Assembly: GCA_022729755.1 (NCBI GenBank)
Contig: DZAZ01000003.1
Coordinates: 565-64,564 of the forward strand
DNA length: 64,000 bases
Direction of reading: 5' to 3'
Source: Helicobacter cetorum
Lineage (GTDB): Bacteria; Campylobacterota; Campylobacteria; Campylobacterales; BB28
In this document: one piece after another, positions 1 through 8,545 of the stretch
Position numbering within the stretch: position 1 is the stretch's first letter
Layout of the letters: each line of letters opens with the position of its first letter
Made by a program: the position numbers and the translations under genes
The notes under the pieces: generated by a model
Seen by the model: the letters and a program-made list of their open reading frames with translations, nothing else
Databases searched by the model: none
What the model was told of the DNA's origin: nothing

Positions 1-824
1 GCTTTACTTAAGATAATCTCCTTATCTCGCCTTCTTTTTTCAAGTTCACTTTGAGTAATATCATATCTTATACTTATAAATTCATCAATTTTATCTTTTG
101 AATTTAAAATGGGTGTAATAGTTGTATCAGTATAATAAACCTCTCCATCTTTAGCACGGTTTTTAATTACACCTCGCCAAATTTTTTTAGCTAAAATTGT
201 TTCCCATAAATTTTTAAAAAATTCAGCTTTAATATCAGGTGAACGAAGAATATTGTGAGATTTACCTATTAATTCATCTTTTGAGTATTTAGAAATTTTA
301 CAAAATTCATCATTTACATAAGTAATAATCCCTTTTATATTGGTTTTTGAAACAATTGCACTTGCATCAATTGCTAATTTATATTCGTGTAAAAGTTGGG
401 TTTGATTTTTTAAAGTTTCACTTTGCAAACTTAATTTTTTTCTTAAATTTATATTTTCAGCAAACTTTTTTAAAGTGTTCTCAAGTGTAATCAAATCTAT
501 TGGTTTTGTGATATATTTATCAACTCCTATCTCTATTGCTTCAACCATTATTTCAAAATCTGTGTGTGCAGTTGTAAAAATTATCGGTATCTCTTTATCT
601 ATCTCTTTAATCTCTCTTGCTAAATCTAAACCATTCATTTTTGGCATTCTTATATCACTAAGCACAATATCTGGAGTGTGAATTTTAAAAATTTCTATTG
701 CTTCTTCGCCATCTTTTGCGATGTAAACCTCTTTTACTTTTCGTTTTAAAAACTTCTCTATTGAATTTCTAATTATCTCTTCATCTTCAACATAAATTAA
801 ACTTATATCTATCTCTTTTTTCAT
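1..824 (-). CDS. REC + PAS domain signalling protein (response-regulator type); C-terminus lies beyond the window edge
   Basis: Absent from the ORF track because it is open to nt 1. Minus-strand ATG at 822-824 gives MKKEIDISLIYVEDEEIIRNSIEKFL...IVLSDIRMPKMNGLDLAREIK...IIIFTTAH...GVDKYITKP, a receiver with acidic pair, D in SDIRMP, T and K-P. A PAS core follows: IITYVNDEFCKISKYSKDELIGKSHNILRSPD...WRGVIKNRAKDGEVYYTDTTITPI...FISIRYDIT. The output domain is not visible. Confidence 0.8.
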   Translation of the reverse strand, partial: MKKEIDISLIYVEDEEIIRNSIEKFLKRKVKEVYIAKDGEEAIEIFKIHTPDIVLSDIRMPKMNGLDLAREIKEIDKEIPIIFTTAHTDFEIMVEAIEIGVDKYITKPIDLITLENTLKKFAENINLRKKLSLQSETLKNQTQLLHEYKLAIDASAIVSKTNIKGIITYVNDEFCKISKYSKDELIGKSHNILRSPDIKAEFFKNLWETILAKKIWRGVIKNRAKDGEVYYTDTTITPILNSKDKIDEFISIRYDITQSELEKRRRDKEIILSK

Positions 825-910
825 TAATCAACTTATTTTTATTATTTTTTTTTATATTATAGTTTCTTTTCTCATAGAAAAAAATAAAAAATTTTTTTGA
901 ATAATAAATT

Positions 911-919
911 TGTTATAAT
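911..919 (+). promoter_or_regulatory. Candidate extended -10 element (TGTTATAAT) for the STAS/partner-switch operon
   Basis: TGTTATAAT at 911-919 lies in the 124-nt divergent intergenic region, about 30 nt upstream of an AGGAAAG Shine-Dalgarno (941-947) and the ATG at 952. This is a motif match only, in an AT-rich background. Confidence 0.35.
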
Positions 920-951
920 TCACACTATTTAAGACAAAAAAGGAAAGAGTG

Positions 952-1254
952 ATGAAAATTGATATTATAAAAAATACTAGCGAGAATATTCTTAATGTTG
1001 AGGGGATTATAAAAAGTAGTGAAAATACACAAAGTTTTATAAATGCAATTGATTCGACACTTAGAGATAATAAAAATTTAACTATAAATATTAAAGATTC
1101 GTTTTCAGTTACCTCAACTGTAATTGGTTTTTTGCTTCAAAAAGTAAATGTAGATAAGATAAATTTAACTATTAATGTTGGAAATGATAGATTATATGAA
1201 CTTTTTGATATGCTTGAACTCATAAGTATTTTAAATATTAAAAAGAGTATTTAA
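952..1254 (+). CDS. STAS-domain protein (SpoIIAA/RsbV-like anti-sigma-factor antagonist family)
   Basis: About 100 aa. The track starts at GTG 949; ATG 952 is better placed behind the SD. INIKDSFSVTSTVIGFLL aligns with the SpoIIAA phospho-serine loop (LNLEDLSFMDSSGLGVIL). DRLYELFDMLELISILNI aligns with the C-terminal KRLFDMSGLFKII helix. The stop TAA abuts the next ATG (1252-1257). Confidence 0.6.
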   Translation: MKIDIIKNTSENILNVEGIIKSSENTQSFINAIDSTLRDNKNLTINIKDSFSVTSTVIGFLLQKVNVDKINLTINVGNDRLYELFDMLELISILNIKKSI

Positions 1255-3465
1255 ATGGATTGCAATTACTTTTATTCGGATAATTTTTTTTTAGAAAGTT
1301 TTGACTCAGGTGAGAGAAATACATCAATTTTAAATATTGCAAATGAAAAGAGTATTTTATTTGTGCTTTCGCTTGATTATACGATATTACAATTTATCTC
1401 TGATTTAAATTTAAATTTAGAGTTTTTGCAAATTTTAAAAGAGATAAAAAATCATTTTCAAGAGATAGAAAAACCACTTTTTATCGCAAAAATAGATTAT
1501 TTAAAAAAAAAATTAAGTTATATTAATTTCAATTCAAACTTTTTATTTATAAAAAAAGTAAATGAAAAATTAAAATTAATAGAAAATTCTAACAATTTTT
1601 TGAATATTACAACTATTTTTTTAGATGAACTTGAATTACTTTATATTTTAAATAATGAAGCTTGTGCGAAATATTTTGAGCAAAATTGCGAAAATTTATT
1701 TTTTGTAAAAGATATTATAAAAAATTTTTACACTAAAAAAGAGAATGTAAACTTTTCGTTTATATTTTTAAATGCACTTTTGCCAAAAACTTCAAATACA
1801 ACTTATCACTACTCAATCAAAGCTAAAAAAGAGAATATTCATAAATTAGAAGATGAAATTGAAGAAGTACTAAATTCACAATTTAGTAATATTGAAAAAG
1901 TAAGCGATGCAGTTACTATTTTAAATGAGTTGCTTTTAAACTCATACGAACACGGTGCTTTAAAAATCGATAGTGAAAAAAAACAAAAATTAATTGAAGA
2001 GTATATGTTTGAAGATTATACAAATGAGTTGGAAGAGAATTTAAATGAAGAGTTAGAAGTGGAATTATCGCTTTATGATAATTTTATTTTAAAAGTTTCA
2101 ATTAAAGATAACGGAAATGGATTTGATTACTCAAAACTTCATAATACTAATCATAATGAGTATCGAGGTAGGGGACTTTTAATATCAAAAAAATTAAGTG
2201 AAGCTCTATTTTTTAGCGAAAATGGCAAGGTAAGTACTTTTTTTGTTAGATTAGCTAAAATCATCGAAGATATCGACATAAATGACCCTTATTTTTACAC
2301 AAAAAAGATGAGTATTTTATATGTTGAAGATGATAAACTTATTAGAGAAGTTTTTAGCCGAATTTTAAAAAAGTATACTCAAACTCTATTTGTAGCAGAG
2401 AATGGGCTTAATGGATTGAATATTTATGAACAATTTGAACCTGATATTATTATTACTGATATTGAAATGCCTATAATGAATGGCTTAGAGATGAGTGCAA
2501 AAATCAGAGAAAGTGATAACGATATCCCAATAATATTAACAACTGCTTATAATGATGAAAAAATATTTTTAGAAGCGATTGATATTGGAGTTGATAAATT
2601 TTTGATTAAACCAATTGAAATGCCCAAATTACAAAAAAGTGTTTTTAAAATTGCTAAAGATGTTTATTTAAAAAATGAAGCGAAAAAACGATTTGCGATT
2701 GAAAAGCGATTAAAAGCAAAAGAGTTGCGGGAACTTCAAATTAAAAATAAATATATAACTCTAGCCCAACAAGCTGCATTTGAAAAAGAGAAATTAATTA
2801 TAAAAGATGATAGCAAAGAGTTAAATATTGAGTGCAAAATTTATTATAAACCACTTGAAATTTTAAGTGGAGATATTTATGGAGTTTGTAAAATCAATGA
2901 TAAATGCACACTTTTTTATATAATCGATAGTATGGGAAAAGGTTTAAGTGCGGCTGTAACTGCAACACTTTCAGCTGCTTTTATAAATCGAGCTATTGTA
3001 ATTTCAACTGGAAAAAATAGTTTTGCTTTGGATAAATTAATTTATGATTATAGTGAATATATTAAAAGTTATCTACTAGAGTATGAGTCTGTTTCACTTA
3101 GTTTTATTTTATTAAACGAATTAGACTATAATATAAAACATACTACTTTTGGAATGTATCCAATTTTAATTAAAGATATTGAAAGTGCAAAATTGGTTAA
3201 AATTAAATCAAACAACCCCCCACTTACAAAACATTTAGATGTGTATAATATTGAAAAGGTTACACTTCCAAAAAGTTTTAGCCTAATGTTTTATTCAGAT
3301 GGAATAATAGAACACGAAGAGTTTTCGCTTTCAGATTTGAAAGAGTCGTTTTTAAAACGAGAAAGTTTTGAAGAGATTAGAATAGACTTTGAAAGCTCTT
3401 TTAAAGATGAAAATTTCGCTTATGAAGACGATGTTAGTGCGATTTTTATAACTAACAATCATTAA
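1255..3465 (+). CDS. Multidomain fusion: unassigned N-terminal ~200 aa + RsbW/SpoIIAB-type ATPase (serine-kinase-like) + receiver + PP2C/SpoIIE phosphatase
   Basis: GHKL ATPase motifs with no preceding H-box: N-box LNELLLNSYEHG, G1 IKDNGNGFD, G2 RGRGLLISKKL. Receiver: ILYVEDDKLIREVF...IIITDIEMPIMNGLEM...ILTTAY...FLIKP. Coiled coil, then SpoIIE-type motifs LSGDIYGV, YIIDSMGKGLSAAVTA, FYSDGIIEH, EDDVSAIFI. Confidence 0.7.
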   Translation: MDCNYFYSDNFFLESFDSGERNTSILNIANEKSILFVLSLDYTILQFISDLNLNLEFLQILKEIKNHFQEIEKPLFIAKIDYLKKKLSYINFNSNFLFIKKVNEKLKLIENSNNFLNITTIFLDELELLYILNNEACAKYFEQNCENLFFVKDIIKNFYTKKENVNFSFIFLNALLPKTSNTTYHYSIKAKKENIHKLEDEIEEVLNSQFSNIEKVSDAVTILNELLLNSYEHGALKIDSEKKQKLIEEYMFEDYTNELEENLNEELEVELSLYDNFILKVSIKDNGNGFDYSKLHNTNHNEYRGRGLLISKKLSEALFFSENGKVSTFFVRLAKIIEDIDINDPYFYTKKMSILYVEDDKLIREVFSRILKKYTQTLFVAENGLNGLNIYEQFEPDIIITDIEMPIMNGLEMSAKIRESDNDIPIILTTAYNDEKIFLEAIDIGVDKFLIKPIEMPKLQKSVFKIAKDVYLKNEAKKRFAIEKRLKAKELRELQIKNKYITLAQQAAFEKEKLIIKDDSKELNIECKIYYKPLEILSGDIYGVCKINDKCTLFYIIDSMGKGLSAAVTATLSAAFINRAIVISTGKNSFALDKLIYDYSEYIKSYLLEYESVSLSFILLNELDYNIKHTTFGMYPILIKDIESAKLVKIKSNNPPLTKHLDVYNIEKVTLPKSFSLMFYSDGIIEHEEFSLSDLKESFLKRESFEEIRIDFESSFKDENFAYEDDVSAIFITNNH

Positions 3466-3491
3466 AATAAAAATAATTTAGAGGTGAGGAA

Positions 3492-4025
3492 GTGTTTAAG
3501 AGATTTTTTTTATTAGTGTTAGGATTTATGTTATTTACTCCTAACTTAGCATTAGCCCTAAATTCGGAAATGGATTTAAAAGCTGTATTTATGGGTAGAT
3601 TTTCAAGTTTTATTACTTGGCCAGAAAAGAAAAAAGAAAACTTTGTTATTACTATTATAGATAATAATCCGTTTGAGAGTAGATTAGATGAGCTTTATAA
3701 AAATAAAGAACTTCAAAAAAAATCGGTTGAAATAAGATATTTAACTCCTAACGATAACATTGAAAAGATAAAAGATAGTGATATTGTCTTTATCACTATT
3801 AAAAATCCACAAAAAGTTAAAGAAGTTGTAGATTTTGCTACAAAAAATTCTATTTTAACAGTTAGTGATAATGATGGTTTTGCCGAAAGAGGTGGAATAA
3901 TTCAAATCGATTTTGTTATGCAAAAAGTGAAATTAAAAATAAATAACACTGCTTCAAAAGATGCAAATATTAAAATAAGTTCATCGCTACTAAATATTTC
4001 AGAAGTGATAGGAGAAAAGAGATGA
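3492..4025 (+). CDS. Periplasmic YfiR/HmsC-like (DUF4154) protein
   Basis: GTG start behind GAGGTGAGGA. Signal peptide MFKRFFLLVLGFMLFTPNLALA. Family-like pattern LKAVFMGRFSSFITWP ... ILTVSDNDGFAERGGIIQIDFVMQKVKLKINNTASKDANIKISSSLLNISEVI. Its stop overlaps the next start (ATGA at 4022-4025). Confidence 0.65.
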   Translation: MFKRFFLLVLGFMLFTPNLALALNSEMDLKAVFMGRFSSFITWPEKKKENFVITIIDNNPFESRLDELYKNKELQKKSVEIRYLTPNDNIEKIKDSDIVFITIKNPQKVKEVVDFATKNSILTVSDNDGFAERGGIIQIDFVMQKVKLKINNTASKDANIKISSSLLNISEVIGEKR

Positions 4026-6409
4026 AAAGGCTTAATTTTGCACTAATTTCTATTGCAACTCTCTCAAATATGGCGATTGCTGAAGATTTATATGATAAAA
4101 GTTTAGATGAACTTTTAAATTTAGAAATGGAACCTAGAGTTGAGATTGGCTCAAGAGAAGGTGCTAGAGATTTGAGTGATAGCGAAGTTCCAATCGATGT
4201 TATAACAGCTAAAGAGATTGAAAAAAGTGGTTATAAAGATTTAAGTAAAATATTACAAAAATATATCCCAAGCTTTAACTATCCAATGCCTTCAATCGTC
4301 GATGGAACCGACCATATTAAACCTTTTACTTTACGAGGTTTAAGTCCTGACCAAGTTTTGGTTTTAATAAATGGTAAACGACTTCATATTAGCTCACTTT
4401 TACACGTAAATGCAACAATCGGTCGAGGTTCTGGAAGTGTTGATTTAAATACAATCCCACTCAACTCAATTGAAAGAATTGAAATATTAAGAGATGGAGC
4501 AGCAGCTCAATATGGTTCAGATGCAATTGCAGGAGTTATAAATATTATTTTAAAAGGTTATGGATATAAAAGCGAATTTTCTGGCACAACTGGAGAAACA
4601 ATAGAAAAAGATGGGAAATTATATCAAAGTGATTTATTCTACTCTGTACCATTAAAATATGATGGATTTATAAATGTTACACTTGAAGCTAGAGATAAAA
4701 ACCCAACAAATAGGGCTGGAGTTGATGCTAGGCAAATGTATCCTGAAGGAGATATTAAAAATGAAGCAACTCCAAAAGTTAGAATGATTGTTGGCGAATC
4801 TGATACTCAAGATTTACTTATGAGCTTAAACATTAAAGCCCCAAATGAGAGTGGAGATATTCACTATTTAAGAGGGATTTTAAGCAAAAGAGAGAGCAAA
4901 GCTGCGGCATATTTTAGAAGGCCAGTAGATGAACGAAATAATCCTGAAATTTATCCTGATGGATTTTTACCTTTTATTTTAGGAAATGTTTTTGATTACT
5001 CGCTAACGGTTGGTATGAGTGGATTTACTTATAATAATATTGAATGGGATTTGAGTAATACGATTGGTTATAATGAATTAAAATATTATGTAGAAAACTC
5101 GCTAAATCAATCATTAGGTATCAATTCGCCAAAATCATTTTATAGTGGTGAATTGAACTTTTTGCAAAATAGTTTAAATTTAGATTTATCAAAAAGAGTT
5201 GATAAATTAAATATAGCGGGTGGATTTGAAGTTCGATATGAAAATTTTGGAATTGAAAAAGGTGAAAATGCTTCATTTATCAAAGGAGACTATGGAAACA
5301 TCGCAGGAGCTCAAAGTTTTCCAGGTTTTAGAGATGAGAATGAAGTTAGTAAAAGTAGACAAAATTATGCTTCATATATCGATTTAAAATATCCATTAAG
5401 CGAAAAATTACTCTTAAATGGTGCAACTAGATATGAGTATTACACCGATTTTGGCTCAACTCTTAATGGAAAAGTTGCACTTTCACACAAAACAACAGAT
5501 AATTTACTTCTTAGAGGTTCGATTAGCACGGGCTTTAGAGCTCCTTCACTTTCTCAAATTCACTATAGTGCAACTGTGACAAATTTCATCGCAGATAGTT
5601 TTTTTGAAACTGGCTCATTCAGTGTTGAACATCCATTAGCCAAATTACTTGGTGCAAAAGATTTAAAACCTGAAAAATCTGAACACTTTACAACAGGCTT
5701 TGTCTATCGACCTTTGCCTAATTTATCGCTTACACTTGATTATTTTTATGCAAAAATTGATGATAGAATAATTTATTCAGAAAATATTGATAGTAGTGTT
5801 TCTGATAAAGCAAAAGAAATTTTCCAAACTAATAGCATTGGAAAGACTAGATTTTTTACAAATGCAATTTCAACGAAGTTAAATGGAGTTGATTTACGGG
5901 CTGATTATAATTATGTTTTTAAAGATTATTCAAAATTAAGCCTTGGAGTTTGGTTTAATTATGCTAAAAATGATATTTTAAGTGTGAATACTCCACCCGA
6001 AGTTTTGGGAGTTAATGGAAAAGATATAATAATTGGGAATTATACAAGACAAACTATTGAAAATGGACAACCAAAAGATAACTTAAAAATTTTAACAAAT
6101 TATGAAATTGATAAGTTAAATATTGCTTTAAATTTTAGTAGATATGGCACATTTCAAGATAGTTTTGAAACGAACAAAAATGTTAAATTTGGTGCAAAAT
6201 GGGTTAGTGATTTAGATGTTTCATATCAAATAAATAAAAATTTAAATGTAGCAATTGGAGCTGAAAATTTATTTGATGTTTATCCCGATAAATGGGGAGA
6301 TAGAAATAGTTTAATTTATGGCTCAAATGCAATTGTGCCATACTCATTTTATTCACCATTTGGATTTTCTGGAGCATTTTATTATCTTAGAGTAAAGATG
6401 CCATTTTAA
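4022..6409 (+). CDS. TonB-dependent outer-membrane receptor
   Basis: Signal peptide. Plug motifs PFTLRGLSPDQVLVLINGKR and IERIEILRDGAAAQYGSDAIAGVINIILK. Long beta-barrel region with FRAPSL, and a terminal aromatic residue (YYLRVKMPF). There is no FecA-type N-terminal signalling extension. Confidence 0.85.
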   Translation: MKRLNFALISIATLSNMAIAEDLYDKSLDELLNLEMEPRVEIGSREGARDLSDSEVPIDVITAKEIEKSGYKDLSKILQKYIPSFNYPMPSIVDGTDHIKPFTLRGLSPDQVLVLINGKRLHISSLLHVNATIGRGSGSVDLNTIPLNSIERIEILRDGAAAQYGSDAIAGVINIILKGYGYKSEFSGTTGETIEKDGKLYQSDLFYSVPLKYDGFINVTLEARDKNPTNRAGVDARQMYPEGDIKNEATPKVRMIVGESDTQDLLMSLNIKAPNESGDIHYLRGILSKRESKAAAYFRRPVDERNNPEIYPDGFLPFILGNVFDYSLTVGMSGFTYNNIEWDLSNTIGYNELKYYVENSLNQSLGINSPKSFYSGELNFLQNSLNLDLSKRVDKLNIAGGFEVRYENFGIEKGENASFIKGDYGNIAGAQSFPGFRDENEVSKSRQNYASYIDLKYPLSEKLLLNGATRYEYYTDFGSTLNGKVALSHKTTDNLLLRGSISTGFRAPSLSQIHYSATVTNFIADSFFETGSFSVEHPLAKLLGAKDLKPEKSEHFTTGFVYRPLPNLSLTLDYFYAKIDDRIIYSENIDSSVSDKAKEIFQTNSIGKTRFFTNAISTKLNGVDLRADYNYVFKDYSKLSLGVWFNYAKNDILSVNTPPEVLGVNGKDIIIGNYTRQTIENGQPKDNLKILTNYEIDKLNIALNFSRYGTFQDSFETNKNVKFGAKWVSDLDVSYQINKNLNVAIGAENLFDVYPDKWGDRNSLIYGSNAIVPYSFYSPFGFSGAFYYLRVKMPF

Positions 6410-8016
6410 TGAGGTTTAATATGAAATTCAACTTTTTTTCTATTCGTTTAAAATTAATTTTATTATTAAGTTTGACTGCTGCAATCGCACTTTTAATTTC
6501 ATCTCTTATCTTTTCTTACTATATTTACAGTTCTGAAAAAGAGAGTTATGTAAAATCGTTAACTCAACTTTCAATGATAAGTAGTGAAAATATTAAACCT
6601 GCGATTGTATTTTTAGACGATACAAGTGCAAATAATATCATCGCTCCATTTAAGTTAAATGAAAATATTTTATCAACCACTGTTTATGATGAGAGTATTT
6701 TGCCGTTTGCTACATATAATTCAAAAGATTTAAACGGTCATCAAATAGAAGAAATCAAAGACGAATCGATTAAAATAATAAAAGAGTTTGAAGATAGAAT
6801 AATTCAAAATAGAGAAATCATAAATATAGTTAAATGGAATAAAATTTTCGTACTAGTTCCAATTATTTTAGAAGAAGAAGATAAAGTAGTTGGAATATTT
6901 CAAATTATTTCAAATACACAAGAGATAAAAGAGAAGTTAATTAATTTAACCATCATTCAAATTGTGATTATTATTTTAACTTTAATTTTAATAACTTACT
7001 TATCTACAAAAGTACAACAAATATTTACAAGTCCTATATTTAAATTAGTTGATGTTATGAATTATATTTCAAAAAGTAAAAAATATGATGTTGAAATAGA
7101 TTTAAATCGACTTGATGAGTTTAAAAACTTAAATGATGGCTTTAACTCTATGATTAAAGAGATTAATAATAGAGACCATAATTTGAGCAATTTAATCGAA
7201 AAATTAGAAATTGCAAAAAAAGAGATAGAAGAGATTCACACTCAATTAAAAGATTCAATCAATTATGCATCTTTAATTCAACAAACACTTATGCCAAAAA
7301 ATGAGAGTTTTGAAAAATATTTCAAAGATTTCTTCGTTTTATGGCAACCACGAGATGTTGTTGGAGGTGATATTTATCTATTTGAAGAGTTGCCAAAAGA
7401 TAAAGGGTGTTTATTAATGGTAATTGATTGCACAGGTCACGGAGTTGGCGGTGCTTTTGTGACAATGCTAACAAAAGCGATAGAGAGAGAAATTGTATCT
7501 AATATTATTGCTGATGATAGAGATATTTCACCATCAGAAATTTTATCTATTTTTAATAAAACGATAAAGCAACTCTTAAAACAAGATAGTAAAGATGCAC
7601 CATCAAATGCTGGATTTGACGGTGGAATTGTATATTTTAATAAAAGAGAAAAATTTATTAAATATGCTGGAGCTAATACTCCTTTATTCATTCTTCAAAA
7701 TGACAAAATAGAAATCATAAAAGGCTCTAAACACTCGATTGGATATAAAACTTCAAATGTAGATTATGTATTTGAAGAGTACAGTATTGATGTTTCAAGC
7801 GAAACTTATTTATATCTTACAACTGATGGATATTTAGACCAAACAAGTGAAGAGAATAATTTTATGTTTGGTAAAAAAAGGTTTCAAAAATTAATCAAAG
7901 ATAATCACGAAAAAACATTTGAAATTCAAAAAAGAATTTTTGAAGATACTCTAACCACTTACCGAGGAAAAAATTCAAAATTAGATGATGTTACAGTTGT
8001 TGGAGTAAAAATATAG
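6409..8016 (+). CDS. Membrane-bound HAMP-domain PP2C/SpoIIE (RsbU-like) serine phosphatase
   Basis: TAATG start/stop overlap at 6407-6411. TM1 (LKLILLLSLTAAIALLISSLIFSYYIY), a ~135-aa extracytoplasmic loop, TM2 (IIQIVIIILTLILITYL), and HAMP (SPIFKLVDVMNYIS...LDEFKNLNDGFNSMIKEIN). Coiled coil, then SpoIIE motifs VVGGDIYLF, MVIDCTGHGVGGAFVTM, LTTDGYLDQ, LDDVTVVGVKI. Confidence 0.75.
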   Translation: MRFNMKFNFFSIRLKLILLLSLTAAIALLISSLIFSYYIYSSEKESYVKSLTQLSMISSENIKPAIVFLDDTSANNIIAPFKLNENILSTTVYDESILPFATYNSKDLNGHQIEEIKDESIKIIKEFEDRIIQNREIINIVKWNKIFVLVPIILEEEDKVVGIFQIISNTQEIKEKLINLTIIQIVIIILTLILITYLSTKVQQIFTSPIFKLVDVMNYISKSKKYDVEIDLNRLDEFKNLNDGFNSMIKEINNRDHNLSNLIEKLEIAKKEIEEIHTQLKDSINYASLIQQTLMPKNESFEKYFKDFFVLWQPRDVVGGDIYLFEELPKDKGCLLMVIDCTGHGVGGAFVTMLTKAIEREIVSNIIADDRDISPSEILSIFNKTIKQLLKQDSKDAPSNAGFDGGIVYFNKREKFIKYAGANTPLFILQNDKIEIIKGSKHSIGYKTSNVDYVFEEYSIDVSSETYLYLTTDGYLDQTSEENNFMFGKKRFQKLIKDNHEKTFEIQKRIFEDTLTTYRGKNSKLDDVTVVGVKI

Positions 8017-8038
8017 TCACGAAAAAAGAGAGTTAAAA

Positions 8039-8536
8039 TTAATTTGGAGTATCCCAAGTTCTTTTTAAAAGTCCAGCAACTTTTAAAATTGTAAAAATCC
8101 TATCATCTTTTTTTCCAACTCCATAAATCAAATCTCCCTCTTCGTGAGTTTCAGGAATTGGGTCTATTAAGTTTTCTTTAATTCTAATTGCTTCAGTTAA
8201 TTTATCAATTACAAATCCAGCTACTTCATTATTATTTTTTATAACAATATATCTAGTATCCTCATTTTGTCTTGCTTCTTGTAATCCAAATTTAAGCCTC
8301 AAATCAATAAGTGGAATTACACTACCCCTTAAATTAAAAACTCCTAAAACATAATCTGGAGTACTTGGAACTCTTGTAAATTCAACAGGTTTAATAATCT
8401 CTTGAATACTTAAAATTGGAACTGCAAACTCTTCTTCACCCACAAAAAAACCAACTAATTGAACAATATTTTCATTTTCTATAACTTCAGAGTTTTGGTT
8501 TTGCTGTCTCTTTACTACCTCTTTTAACCTATCCAT
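8039..8536 (-). CDS. cheW: Chemotaxis coupling protein CheW
   Basis: 165 aa CheW-like domain: QLVGFFVGEEEFAVPILSIQEIIKPVEFTRVPSTPDYVLGVFNLRGSVIPLIDLRLKFGL. Lies 9 nt downstream of cheA. Confidence 0.9.
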   Translation of the reverse strand: MDRLKEVVKRQQNQNSEVIENENIVQLVGFFVGEEEFAVPILSIQEIIKPVEFTRVPSTPDYVLGVFNLRGSVIPLIDLRLKFGLQEARQNEDTRYIVIKNNNEVAGFVIDKLTEAIRIKENLIDPIPETHEEGDLIYGVGKKDDRIFTILKVAGLLKRTWDTPN

Positions 8537-8545
8537 CTTTTACCT

